This document shows positions 28,301-43,300 of a DNA stretch of 64,000 nt, piece after piece. Source of the DNA: Amphiscolops sp. MND2022 (Eukaryota); contig OZ076409.1 of assembly GCA_964187785.1 (NCBI GenBank), positions 81,222,001-81,286,000 on the forward strand. The letters are read 5' to 3'. A program made the translations under genes and the position numbers. Every line of letters starts with the position of its first letter. Position 1 is the stretch's first letter. The notes under the pieces are model-generated. The model made no database searches. It worked only from the letters and a program-made list of their open reading frames with translations, and had not been told where the DNA came from.

Positions 28301-31300
28301 TTTCGATTTTCGAGTACTGTAAATTGACACGTGGAAGTCCTTTTGCCCTTTTTGATATGGCCTTGGATTTGGCGCCGACTTGGGCCGGTCCCGGCTTGTT
28401 AATCTCTGATTCCAGTAACGTTGCTATTTTTAGCATGAAGTAATCGCGACGCAATAATGACCACAGTCCCCGGTCCATTTGCCCAACTTTGATGCTAATT
28501 TTTAGTAGTATGATCAGCAATATTTCGAGTGTCATGCTGCTACACATATACATAGGAAGGACTCAAGGTCCTATTGACACAATTGATATAACCATCACTC
28601 ATTTCCGTTCAATCGTTCTACAACCGCTAAAATTTGTCAACAAGCTGATAACATATATGTTACTGTTGATTGTATTCTTCAGTTGATAAAATAACAAGCT
28701 CAATATTATAGTTTTTATCGAGCAATCAATTACAATGCCTTCAACCAGGAAGCACAGAGCTAAGGAAAGACGCTCAAGACAGGCAAACCTAATGCCTGAT
28801 GCGAAAAATTTAGACGTTATGCTAGGCTCTTTCTCGAGGAATGAACTAGAAAGCAATTCTGAGGATGGAAAAATTGAAGCGGACCTTGGGTTGGACAGAC
28901 CTAGGCAGGGCGTGGTTCAGAATAGTGAAGATTTCAGATCACTTTTGAATTCAAACAGTAGGGAAAATAGCGAACACACCTTAGAAACTGTCAGACAGGT
29001 AAACATAGAGGTTACCAGAAGAATTGAAGAACTAAAAAGAGACCTAAATTCTCAGGTAATAGAATCAATAAACTCAGCAATCAATGAGAAGATATTACCC
29101 AGCATTCAAAATACTTTGGGAAGTCAGAGGCCCGGATTTCTGGAAGATATGGACCACAGGTCCAGTAAACTTAGCAGAACCACCGAAGTTAAAAATAGGA
29201 ACAGAGCATCGGGAAATCACCCTAGAATATGTTTTAACTCACGTGATCGGAATCACAACCCTAGGGAGAGTTCAACTGATTCCCTACGGCGTGGGAATGT
29301 CCACGACACGTATCTATCATAAATTAGGGTCCAGAGTTAAGAAACATCGAAACGGATTCAAAAATGGTTCTGTAAAAAGTGGAACTTCGCCCATGGAAAT
29401 CTGCTTGTCAATCGGTTTTGCATCGTTCGCCTAAAAACAAAACTGAACTTTGGCCATCTACTTTTTAGTCGGCTCTTCATGAAGTGAAACGCGACTATTA
29501 TAGTGACTCTTTTTTTCAATCCGCACTTACTGGCCAAAATAGTTCTCAAAAGTCTACAAAACTTTAAGGTGTTAAATTGGACCATTTGGCCCAACGAACT
29601 CAACCAAAAGAGTTGTTTCATTTTTGCACTTCAACATACAATACCGGGCGAGATTAAACGATGCCCCTTTCAGTTTTTTTGGCATTGTGAGATTTTTTTT
29701 CAATTTTGTTTTCACCAAGGTGTCCCCTTTCAATTTTTTGATGATTTGCGACAGAGTGGATGAAAAATCTCAAAGCGCCAATTGGGCGCACCAATTCGGT
29801 CCAACGTTTGGGTTTTTCTTCGGGTACTGTAAAAGAGAATACTTAAGACTTTGAAGCCTTTTTGCTATTTTTGAGCCCTAGATTTGCGCCGACTTATGCC
29901 GTTCCCGAATTGTTCTTACTGAAGGTTACCTGACTCGGACTCCATTTTGCCGCTTTTAGGCTAGTGCTGCGCATCAATTATAACTTGGTCGAAATGAACA
30001 GATTACATGTACCGATAACTTAAAGGTAACAATGCTTGATTTGAAGTCTTAAATGACAGATGGGAATCTCGGATTGACTTTTTTCTCAAAAAGACTTCAG
30101 GGAAACAATGATGACTACCTGTGGAATGTGATTGACTGCCAACCCGGGAGTGCACTCTCAAAAATTGAAGAAAGACAGCTTTGTATCCTGAGAATTTTAT
30201 GCTTTAGAAAATTACATAAACCTCAATTTCTCTAGTAAAAAAAACATGGTTGCTGTTAGAGTCGGACCTTTTATCAGATATATCAGATATATATGGCTGG
30301 GTTTTTCTTCAAAATACTTTACTTCTTGCTTTCATTACTCTATTTTGAGTTCGAAATTTTTGACAAAGTATCTCACTTTATATTTTTTCTCGAGTATTCA
30401 TTCAAAAAACTCAACATCCATGATTTGTTAACTTCACTTGTAATGCACGCGTTACATAGAAAGTTCATAATATTGAACCCATGAGACGGTTTTTGATACC
30501 GAATAGCAAAGTCAACCCAATGCTCAGCTAGTACTGATGAACTAAATGTAAATGCTCTAGCTACATCAAAAGTTGCGCTCAACTGAAGTTTTTATTAGTC
30601 AATAATCAGGGCATTTACAATTTTTGAAAATTTTAAATTGTAGTTTTCTGAGTTTTTCGCTTGATGTTTTTAGTCGGCGCTTTATCCTTTTAAGGAAAAA
30701 TGCCCGACTATAGCAGTGACCTTTTTTTTCTTCAGACTACAATCCTCACACTGATCGGTCCACTTTTTAGAAACAATCCTGAAACCACCTACACCTAAGG
30801 CCAAGTCCGGGGACAAGGCAAATTTAGTCCAAAGGTTCCCCTTTTTTTACTTTTTCAAGGTAACCTACAAAACCGGACGGGACTGAAAGAGTCCCCCCTT
30901 TCGATTTTTTTCGGCACTGTGCGACTTTTTTTCGAAAAATTTTTTGTCGCCAAAGGACCCCCCTTTCATTTTTTTACTTTTTTAACGTAGCCTACCATAC
31001 CGGATGAGACCAAAGGAACCCCCTTTCAATTTTTTTTCGGCGCTATGAGACCCTTTTTCGAAATCTTTTTTGTCTCCAAAGGGTCCCCCTTTCAATTTTT
31101 TTTTGATATTTTGCAACTGAAAGGATGTTGAAAAAGCCCAAAGCCCCCCTTCTACATTTTTCGTCACTATGAGACTGTTCAAAATGATCATTTTTCGTTT
31201 TTTTTTCGACAACTTTTTAATGTCTCCAAAGGGTCCCCCTTTAATTTTTTTGATATTTTGCAACAAACTGGATTTTCAAAAAGCCCAAAGGGTCCCCCCC

Positions 31301-34300
31301 GTTTTACAATTTTCGACATTGTGGGATTTTTCGAAATGATTATTTTTTGTCATAATTTTTTTTTTCAGTTTTTAAAAACTTTGAGCTTTTTGAGCCTTAG
31401 ATATAGCGCCGACTTTAGACGTTCCCGTCTTGTTTATTTCATCAATTGTCCAATTCTCCAACATTTCAATGTTTTAGTTTCAAAATAATTTTTACGTTTT
31501 TTATTGAAGACAACTAATCTTGCTTCCGTATTTTTGTCAGGAAAATTTTTTTCGTCGATTCGAACAGTACCACGTGGTGGAATGAGCCTCAATTTGTGAA
31601 TTTTAAACAGTGAATTTTAAACAGGCAATAAAAATTATACACACTGATGTTTTCATTGGCCAGTGGTCGTTCCCTTCAAATGTTCACTGCTTTTGCAAAC
31701 ATTTTTGTAAATTTCGACTGTATATGCTAATTGCATTATCATTTTTATATTACTAATATAACGGCAGTTCAGTCTTTTCCGTCCATAAACGCTTTCTTCG
31801 CGAACAATTTGTAAAAATAGCTTTCATGTTTGCAACTAATTCGTCCGTGTAAGGATGATTTTCACGAATTAAATCGACGACACGTTGCACTCCATGCGCC
31901 ATACATGTAACATGTAATAAATTTGGGTACAGCGATTTTAAATCGGAACCCGCTTTAATCATATAAGAAGCCGCATCGGTCATGAATAATCGCAATTTTT
32001 CATATTTTTCACAACCGTTAATTTCCATGAAGGTCGTATTCACAATCTGTGTTATTGTTGTTGCATTTGTTCTCTCGAGCTCCACGACATTAAATAATTG
32101 GGGTTTGGATAATTCGTCATCCCCAAGAATACCAATCAAAACCGCCGCGACAGCTTTGCCTCGAACATCGGTCGTTTCATCTACAATGATATAAATGTCT
32201 TTGTTTTCTGCAGCATTTTTGATTTTTTTCATTTGGTCCAAGTATTCTCCTTCTAAGTAATTTTTCCTGAGAGTGGATTCAGATGGCAAAACTTTCTTTG
32301 TCCATTTTTCCATAAATTGTTTAAAATCTTCGCCTTCAACAGAAGATATCGGGATATTAGATCGAACTAGCATAGTTGTCAGCTCCGCCCAAAACTCGTT
32401 TTTGGATAGTGCTTGGCCAGATTGTATGACAGTTTGTCGTTTTCTTGCCAATTCCAGGCTTCGTTTGTGTTTTTCAGAGGTACAGTGCTTTTCTATTTTC
32501 GTTTTGGCACGAAAATCAACGTCGACATAATAATTGTCGCATTTCTTGCATTGAATTTTGTTGGTAGTTGGCTCATAGTGCCACACAGACGTTTTTCCGG
32601 GCAAATTATTCACAAGAATTGACCCACTTGTTTTAGGACGGCCCATTGCCAGTCTGAAAACGTGTTAAACAATGCACTTACAACGTTAGTGAATTCGTAT
32701 TTCTCAGATTTGGTAACGTACAGCCGGCTGAATGTGTTGTTAAAACTTTATTTCTCAGAAATGTGCTAATTCAGCCGGCTGAATAGGTTGCTAAAACTTT
32801 ATTTCTCAGATATGTGCTAATTTGGCCGGCTGAATGTGTTGTTAAAACTTTATTTCTCAGAAATATGCTAATTCACGCCTAATGTGTTAAAACACGTGTT
32901 AATATGTTAGTACACAAAAATCCTAAGCCTGTATATTAGTCAATTTTAATCTTAATTCTACATAATTCCTTAGATTTGCAATAAAGATTCTACTAGCTTC
33001 GAGCATTCTAGATTTCCTCTATTGCATTTTTTGCTAACTATCGAAGGAGGTTAAGTTTGCATCAAATTGATTGAGTCACTGCTGAAAGTTTTGCTTGTTT
33101 TTAATAGCCTGAACTTACCATGACATGGTGGTGATACCACTCAACGTTAATTAATACCCTTGAGCAGTGATGTCAAACGCACAGGGATTTTTTGTCAATT
33201 TCACAGCGCATTTCACGGGGGGAAGGTAAGATTTCGAGCTGAAATTACCTCTCTCCACAAGCCGGTAACGGCATTAATCCGCACATCGTTTAAGTCTCGA
33301 AAGATCAAAAGTACTTCAAGTTTTCGAGGAATCTCTTTTGAAAAGATTCTCATTCTCACAGTGCCAAAACCCAAGGGGAGACCCTTCGGGCATAAAAGGA
33401 CATTTCACCAGAAATACCGAAAACCAGAACTTTTTCCCTGAATTATTGTCATGAGAAACACCAAACAAGCCGGGAACGGCCCAAGTCAGCGCCATATATA
33501 AGGCTCAAAAAGAGCAGAAGGACTTCAAAGTGTCAAGTATTCTCTTCTGCAGTACCCGCATGAGGAAAAAATTGAAAAAAAATTCGATTTTTTTCAAAAC
33601 TTTTTTTGGTCCGGTAAGTCGCATAGCCTTGTCCTTAAATGTAAAAGGGGACCTTAAAAAGCCTGACATCAGATTGATCAGCAAGGAAAATTAGATTCCA
33701 GCTCGTGTCGAGGGATCATATGATCTTTCATTGTATTATGCCCAAGCATATACAAAAAGGAATGTCAAAATACGCGAAAAAAGTTTTTTCGCAAAAACAC
33801 CCAAAAAAATTTTTATCACCCTTTTTCAACGCCCAGTAATCAAACCTTCAACCACTAAAATGAGGGGTCCTGATATGTCAGCTGACGCCTATGTTTGGTC
33901 GGTTTGATGTGGTTTATCAACGGAAAATAGGCAAAAACTTTTAAATTTATCAAAAATTTCACGTTTCCGAAGCGTAAAAAATCGCGCCATCCTAAAAATC
34001 TTGGAAATCCTCCAAGAGGGCCCAGGAGCAATGAGTTCTATGGAAGTGTGCCCAAGAACCCTTAATTGCATGGGGTACGTCAAAATACACTTTTTTTCGC
34101 AAAGAAAAACCATTTTTTTCGCAAAAAACCCAAAATTTTTCCGATTTTTATTCGCCATTTTCTCGACAAGGATTGTAGGATAATGAAACTTTCATGAGCT
34201 TAGAGAAGATATCCTCTTGCGTTGGTCGGTAGTAATTATGAGTCGGTTCGATGTCGTTCAAGTAGTAAAATTGAGCAAAATCTACATTTAGAATTTTTTT

Positions 34301-37300
34301 TTCCGAAAAACCACAAAAAATTCCGATTTTTAATTGTCATTTTCTCAACGACCAATACTTGTAAGATAACGAAATTTTCAGAACCTTAAAGAAGACATCC
34401 TTTTGCATTAGTTGGTACCTATTTTAAGACGGTTCGATATGGTTCAAGTGGTTAAATTTTGCAAAATCGGAAAAACCCTTAAAAATTTTGGCAAAAATCG
34501 TGTTTTCGAAGCTAATAGAATTGCCCCAGAGGAAAATTTTCGGAACCTTCTTACATGGCCTGAAAGGGCCGTTAGTGTCGGTTCTGTTTTGAAAATTTTG
34601 AATTGTCTCGGAGAAACAGGCTTGGAGAAAAATAGCCGAAACTTTTACAAATGGAGAGGGATGTCACGTTTTGACGAAAAAAACTCAAACGCAAACAATA
34701 AGGCACCTCGCTTCGCTCGTCGCCTTAAAAAGAAAATTCACTACTATAGTCTGCGTTTTTCTACGAGATAGCGCCGACTAGAAAAAAAAGAAAAGTCACT
34801 ACTATAGTCTGCGTTTTTCTACGAAAAAGCGCCGACTAAAAACCAAAAAAGTCCTCTTGTTCAAAAAAGTTCCGAAAACGCTAGGGAGACCCTTTGGGTC
34901 TTAAAAATGCATTTGTTATGCAAACTATTCTGAAAACCAAAAGGGTTTTTCTTGGAAAATGAATTCAAAACTAAAGAAAATTGAATTTGATGTCAAAAAA
35001 TTGAAAAAAGGCAAACTCAAAATTTTTTCTACTTTGTTCCATTGCAAGCCTAAAACTTGTTATCAATTATGACGTCAAATTAAAGAGTAAACTGGGATCA
35101 GGAAAAATAAACACGTGATATTTTTCAACAACTGTCACTAAGGAATAAAAAACATCGCAATGTCGAAGTTACTTCTCGAGCTCCTTTTTTTACCAACCCA
35201 AAAACGCCGAAACGAAAAACGACTGTCTTATTTGTTTTTGTCAACGTGTCCTAGTGCATATCTGAAAAGTTTCCAGAAACGGACACCAAAAAAAAACAGA
35301 ATATAAGTTGGAGGAATATATTTCTGTAGAGATTATATAAGGTAAACTGAAAACCAAATTTCCTCACAGTCTTTGCTTTGATGCTACATCTGTTGAGCTA
35401 TGCGACAAATGTCTTCTTCCGTTATTTCTAGTCAGCGCTTCCGATGGAAAAGGCAGACTATAGTAGTGGTTTTCAAAAGACCAGCGGGCTGTAAAATTTC
35501 GATAAATTCTGTAACTTGTAACTAACTTGCTAAATTGGTACCGCCTTTTAGTCTACTCGTTACCGCGAGTGTAACAGTGGCTGGAAATAAGGTGTTCGTG
35601 GGTTCGAATCTTGCACTTTACCAAAAACTTTTTATCCTTGCAAAAGTAGAGGAGGATAAGAAGGTACCTCCCTTTGGGGCTTTTCGGTTCTATGCAACTT
35701 TCTGTTTTTTTTTTCAAAAAAAAACAGCTATGCCTTGATTTAGCAGATAGAAAGCGTTTTGCAAGCATAGAAGGACCCTAGTCTTTTTCTACATTTTTTT
35801 TCGGTTTTCGGTGATTTTGTGTTGAGGAAAACCGTTTTGAGAGTATTATTGGTGACCACTTTGGTTATGTTTTGGTGTTCTGGGACTGATCAGAGTTTTC
35901 TTGATAATTGTTGTCCTGAGCGACTTCTTTTCGAAACAATTTTTGTTCAGTCATAGGGTACCCCCTTCACTTTAAAAAAAATGTGCGTAATTTTGCGCGT
36001 TTTGCGAATTTAATGGGTCTCATTTTGGATTATTCTGAACTATGAGACATTTTTGATGTTTAAAGTTAGGGAAGAAGCGGTTTTCCAGTCTTATGGGTAT
36101 TCCTTCGGGTATTTTTTGGCACTGTGAATGCGAAGAAATTTTCACAATAGCGCCCTGTTGAATATTTAAAACACTTAACTCTGCTTGAATGTTGAGCTGG
36201 GCTCTGACTTGAGCCGTTCTAGGCTTGTTCAATGTTTGCTCAATTATATTTGAACCGAAAAATACACAAAAACAGAAGGACGAATTATTTTGAAAAATGC
36301 ACAACAAACGTTAAGCAAAACGTTAATTCATTATAGAAGTGTTTTTATTTAGTTTGCATCCCTAGGAGAAATACATGAAAGGCGAGCTAGAAGTCAAGAT
36401 GATTTTGACCGCAGTCCATCAAGTTTTCAGAACGCTGCAACATCTCACTGTTAAAAAAATCCTTAAACGCCATTTTTCCAAATTAGTCACTTAGTAATGC
36501 CTTAATAGATAAATATCTCCCTTTCCTGGTTCGAATCCCATTGACTGCAAGACATTATCGACACTGTTTGATTAATTATCTGACTGCAGGCGCGATTTTC
36601 AAGCCCAACTTTGTCATAATTCCCAGAGCCGCGCATAGCTGATTCAATGACATCTTTTTCGTATTTAAATCAAGATACGGCCAATTAGTGAAAGTGTTTT
36701 TTTGTATTCCAGGGCGGGTATAGAGACAGTGATTGCCGTGTTCCAGAATTCCCTGGTTAGAAGCCAGTGGGAAAACGTGTTTGCAGAGCTCAAGATGAAA
36801 GCCGGCCCTGGGGGTCAGGTGGTCGTGCCAGAGTTCATTAAGGTTACATAATAACATCTAATCCCCGATGCACCTTGGATTTTATCTAATGCTCTTATCA
36901 AACTTCCTAATAGTTTTTCCTAATCAAGTGTGATTAAACTGAATGATTGAACAGACCCAAAAGTTAATCGGTCGTTAAGATAATGGCTTGGTGGCTTGAT
37001 CAGTTTGAAGTAGCAGTGATTAGAAGTGAATTGGATAAATCAATTGATGGTGACAGGAGAAAGCAATAAAAAGAAACAAAGATTGGTTTTTCACTATAAT
37101 GCGTAATAAATGCTTGTCTATTGTCTTTTTTTCACAAAAAAATTCAAATTTTCAATAAATGCTTGTCTATTGTCCTTTTTTCACAAAAATTTTTCAATTG
37201 CTCTGCGTTGAGCTCTTTGTGTGTCCGAAGCTACGAACGTTTTAGAAGACGAAAGTTAAAGTTTACCATTTTACCATTTCGAAGTGTTCCCCAAAAACTC

Positions 37301-40300
37301 CCGGTTTATATAATTTTAGAACTGGCTGAATCTAAATTTCAGAAATTTCTGTTCGGTCTTGAAAACCTCAAAACAGTTTTAACAACTTTTAGATTCCTAT
37401 CAAAATTCACAAGAAAAGATCGCGTAGAAGTTGTTCAAAGTTGAAAACCGTCGTGACGAATCAAAAACAAATAGTCAAAATGTTTGCCTTGCTATTCAAC
37501 CTATTACTATCTTTCTTTGAAATTTTGATTGTTGGAAAAAATAAAACATTGTAATCCGGGATGTGATAGCTTGGGAAGCTATTTTATGTTTTCAAATTTC
37601 TCATTTTAGGAAAGTGAGAAGAGATGTAAGTTTTGTTAATGGATGATTTTTCTTTCATTTTATTTGTTTTATTTTAGTCGATCCCCTTGGCATTTGATGC
37701 TGACTTGGACGATGTTAGAGACCAGTTCAAAGTGGTGACCGGAAACGACGGCCAGTTGGTGTTTATTGTTGCCTCTTACGACACCTACAGCATAATAGTT
37801 CAGGTTACAATTTTCAATCATTCTCAAATAAGGATGTTTGATTAAAATCAGTTGATTAAAATCGTTAATGTTGAATGGCTCCTGGACGTCACCAAAAGCC
37901 TATTTGCGATCAATTTCGACGTACAGAAATAGGTACCGAGAAGGCATCGAAACTGTTATTTTGTTTCAAAGTTTTGAATTTGTAACATCTTCAAGATGCA
38001 AGTTTCAAAATATGAAACTTCAGTTTTGGTGCCGTTGTAAGTTCGCCATATTTAAGTTCGCCACGTATAAGTTAGCCCGTAAAACTTAGCCACGTTTAAG
38101 TTAGCCACCATATAAGATCGCCACGTTTATTTTCGCCACATTTCAGCTAATGAAAGAATTCCATATCAGCGATTATTTTCATTTGGTTATATTTAGTGGC
38201 GATTAGCATACTTGTTTTATGGCTCGGTCGCTTCGCTCCCTTCGCCAAGTAGCAACATTGAGGCATGGCCATATGGCACGTCGCTCCGCTTCGCTTCGCT
38301 CCTGCATTTAGGGCACTAGGGGTATGTGAACATATCTGACTACGTTATCGTAATTTTGAATGCTCGAATTGATTGGCCGAAAATGTGGCGAACTTGTATG
38401 TGGCGAACATATATGGTGGCTAAATTAAATATGGCTGAGATTTACGGGCTAACTTATATGTGGCGAACTTAAAAGTGGCGAACTTAAACGGACACGTTCA
38501 GTTTTCGATCTAATGTTATTTTCCAGTTGTTAAAGATAAAATTTTGAAAAATCGAAAAAAAAATCAAGAAATGATTTTTAAAATTAAAATCGTATTTATT
38601 CGATTTTTTTTTAAAAAAAAAACAAGTCGCGAACTGTCCGGTCGGTGCCCCGCTCAAGGTTAAAAATATGAGTTTTTAAATAGGCAAAAGAACACCCTTG
38701 TTGCAACTTTATCAACTTTGCAAAAATACACGAAGGGATATGCAGAAGACTCGAAAACTATTTTGCCCAACTGGAAACAGCGGAAAACCCATCTTGCGCA
38801 GCAGAAAACATCAAAAAACGAAAAATTAAGAGAAAAAATTCAATTTTTTTCGAAAAGTGTCTACGGTATGACGCATATTGCCGGAAACCCTAAGGAACCC
38901 TCAATGCTCGCAACACTTTTGATTTCTTTCAAAAATTGAGGGGAGTGGTTTGATAAAAATAAAATTAGGAAAAAGTCGCATAGTTCCGAAAAAAAACGCG
39001 GGTCTGAAAAACAAGAAACGCTATATCCAGTATTCCTAATATCCGGAATTCTTTATAGCCGGTTTGCGCTAAATCCGGTATGGGTTGAGTTGTTGTCGAA
39101 ATGGACTCCGTAACACTTTTTACAGCTTTGAAAAATTCTCCAAGGAACGTTATATCCGGTTATATCTGTTCTATCCGTTTATAAAGCTTAGAAAATCTGT
39201 AACATCGTTGTAACATCTGTAACATCGTCTTTAAAAAGCCAGTGCTGTAGTCTGCGTTTTCTAAAAAATCGTGTTTTAATCCATCCCTGCTTTCAACCTC
39301 AACAACAATTATGTCTAAAGAATAAATTCATCTACCCTTAACTATACATGATAATCATTTCCAACATGAAAATTAACAAGTCATAAATATATTTTGAAAT
39401 TAAAACTAGTTGGTTAAAAAGTGCTCTACAAGATGAAAGCGCCTCTTATTTGAAGTTTTGAAAACGTTTTCTGTGCGAATCTGTATAGATCTGTACAGCT
39501 CCTGACTGAAAGTCCAGATTTTGTCAGCAAATAACCATATGAAAATGAACAATAAGTTACCGTGGTGTGTTTCCAGTAATTACTAAAACTACTCCAGCAA
39601 ACCATGTTTCCAAAATATTACAACAACAGCACTTCATCAACACCTCTACCAACCCAGACGGTTGCCACATGTCTTATTTCATCCGCCAAAACTAAGTCAA
39701 TATGGCACAAGAGTCTCCAAGTTGAACAGCCACTCATGGAAAGTTCAAGTGAAAAGGATAAATTACCGTGTATAGCCAATACAGAACATTCGCAAGACTC
39801 CAAAATTACCGTGTTGCGTACAAACTTTCTCGCTTGAGAATTTCGAGCGATGGAGCGTTTCAACTGGCAGTGCCATGGTCAGCTGAAATACTTTTTGAAT
39901 TACGTTACGAAGCTAAAAAAAAGGAATACAGTCTTTCTCTAGAAGCTCCGGGAAAAATGTTCCTGAAAAATGTCTCCAGAAAACCTTTGAACATCTGTAA
40001 AGATTCTTGAAGATCTGCAGTTGTCCTTACGTAGCAGTGGCACGATCTTTACAGATCCTCAAGGAAAGAAGATGGAGCTCACAGATCTGTACAGGAAAAA
40101 CTACATGAAAGGACTTGGAATGAACAGTCAATGAATACGACTAAACTGTAAAAACAGCGGACGTAAATTTGTTTGATGATCCCTCGATTGATCACAACTC
40201 GGGATATCTAGAGTGGAAAATATACCTGAAGCAAATAACTTTCCTGAGATAAAATACTTTCTTCGAAGAGCAGCAGACCTTTCAAGCTAGAAGTTTGACA

Positions 40301-43300
40301 CTGCTGATCAGCGATTTCGCGGATTAGCGTCCGCACAGAATTTTCTCAGCCATTTTAGTAGCGATTCAAATTAGCGGCAACTGATAAACTGTTTAAATTC
40401 AAAATTTCCTCGGAGTATAAACGGAGTTTCGAAATGAACTTCGAAAAATTCTCACCGTTGTAAAACCCACAGAGAATGAGAAGTTCTTTTTTTCTGGAAA
40501 AAATTGAATTTAGTTATCAATTAATATTTAAATATACTTGAAGTCAAACGTTTGATCGTTCGAAACAAAAGCACTATTTTGATATAGTGAAATAGCACTA
40601 TAGTGAAATAGCTATTTTGAAAGTAGTGGCTTTGCGATTCGCGATAAAAATAGCGATGTCGAAACCCTGATTCAAACACAGGCTGGAGATTATAAGCACC
40701 AGTAGACTACCTTTTGCTGTAGCAAAAGCTTGATGGTGTTCCTGTGTATCCATGGAACAAAGTGCTAACCTTCACCTCAAAACTACAAACTTTATCACAA
40801 AAACTGCGTTCGGCATTTTACATCATTTGTAGGTCGTTGATCTAAGATGAAGCTCCGTTGTCCATTGAAAACAGTTTTGCAGAAACAACCAAAAAAAGTA
40901 AATGATAGGGAGTTCAAAAAGAGGGAATTCAAAATCTCTCTTGTTTAGCTTTGACCCGAAGTTATTGCGGTATATGCCACTGGCTCCTTAATTTAAAAAA
41001 CTCTACCTTACAAAGCAAATTTGCTTCTCGGTTCTAAGCAATATTGCCATTACGTCACAGGCACGAATACCTACGTAATTAGCTGGTGCAAATTTACCAG
41101 CTGGTATCAAGCTAATTAAGTTCAACTTAGTTACTACATACTTAGTTACAACTTAGCTACTAAGTTTAACAGCAGGGAAACATGCATCAAGTTTTATCGC
41201 GATTTTACTATTTAAATGAAAAAAGCTTTTTCAATTGAAAACATGAGATATTGTTCATGCTGTTTTTACTCAATTTTTCGCGCAAATTTGTTTACTGATT
41301 GAGGTATATTTCAGGCCACTCGCATTTTTCTTATTACCTATTTTCACCTCAGTTTTCTAAGTGGAATTGCATGTTTTCCAATATAATTTTGCTGGAGCCA
41401 TTTTCACAGTGTGCAAAAAATACCAATCTAACTCAAAATGAAGTGAGTAGAAAAGATGAAACAATTGAAAAAAACTTCAATAAACTAATGACAAAAGAAC
41501 CACTTAATTTATTTAATGCCTATTCAATTCATTTCCCCCCTTTCCGCCGCTGCTAATGCAACAAAAAGAGAGATGTCATCTGCACATGTCTGGTAGGGAA
41601 CGCTTTCTCTGCAATCAATTTGAACAAAACCAAACTTATTGAATCCCTCGTTAATTCCTGTCTCTTGTCTGCGTTAGTTAGCAGTCAAACTTATGTGACC
41701 TCGGGGCTTTCAGCAGCATAATGAAAAAAATTCCATGATTCATTGACGTAGATTTATGTGACATTAATGTTTCTTTTCCAGAAATACGGGAAATATCTTA
41801 ATCATGACGTCTGCACAAAGCTGACGACTTTTACGTAGCGGTAAAATCTAGAACGAAATTTTACAATGATAATCAAATTCTGGAATGATGTGCATTTGAC
41901 AAGTCATAAATCACTGAAATCCCTTCACTTGTTCAATTCTGGAATTAATTTGATGCTTAGATTATCAAACTGCATTGCTTCAATGGCCTTCTTCTGGGGT
42001 AAAAACGTGAACTGTTACTTATTACTTGCCACTGAGTGCCCCTTTTTGACTTTTAGCAGAAAAAAAGCGTTTTGTGAGACTGGAGGGCACCTTGGGTTTT
42101 TTCGGCACGATGCGATATATCGAAGACTTATCGAAAAAGTTCGATTTTTTTCTAATTTTCTGTTTTTTTGAGGTTTTCTGTAAGGAAAACCCTTATCCGA
42201 ATCCTAACTTCATGGTTATTTTTTGGTCCTGTGAAACTTATGTGAATTTTCTCAATAAATGTGGAAAAGACCCATGGTATTTTTCGGAACCGTGCCTTAC
42301 TTCCAAAAAGCTTTTGTTTGGTCAAAGTGTACCACTTTGACTTCCATAAATGTTTTCGGCCTGAAAAAGCTTTTTGCGAGTCTAATGTTTTCTTTTTGGC
42401 AATACGAGAACTTTTCCGAAGAATAAAACCGAAAATAAATAAAAATATTTTTCAACAACTTAGTATGTATTGAGTTTTAACAGTAGTGTCTATTTACTTA
42501 TTTAACTTTACCCATTTGAACCTTGAAAGGGGCGCCGACTTGGGTCATTCCCGGTTTGTTTAAAACCTAATTTCGGCTAACCTACTTAGTTTTGTGTGGT
42601 ATGTATACGAGATTTTTGGGCGTTTTTCATTGACTCCAAAATGACACCACTGTAAACGTTTCCGAAGAAGTATTTGAAAACTATTTATAAATTCTTTTGT
42701 ACAGTTCTCAAATTTTTGACATTTAGCAGATCCAAGGAGGTCCACGGTATAAGATCAAGGTAGCCAGGACTCTTTTTTTAAAAAAAAGAAATCTGAAAAG
42801 TTTTGTGGAAAAAAGTCTCAAAATGAGGTACGTACCGCGAACTACGTACATTTTTCAACGTTTGACTTTATAAAGAAATTTTTGACCAAATTGGATCATG
42901 TCGAAAGATTAGAGCATCCAGAGAGCTCCAAAACGAACCTCCTAGCTACGCATTACGCTGTTACTAAGAGCAACCTGATTTTTTCTGTTATAAAGCTAAA
43001 ATGCCCCTAAAAAGATACAAAGTCCTAATATTGACTACATCAGGCAATTTCTGTACTGTTTCGAACGTTTTGAGAAAACCAAACGATCACAAATTTCCAA
43101 GACGCAGCAATTTTCCAAGACACAGGATGCCTTCACGAGGAACAATTTGAAGTTTTGTGCTGTGAAAGTGCCCAAAAGTGACACCTAGAACGACAAAATT
43201 TTAAAAAATTGAACCGAAAGTAGAATTATCCTTGCAGTTTCAGAATGTTTTCGAGGTTGCGAACAATCAGAGAATTCAATCATAACACAATAGGGTAATC

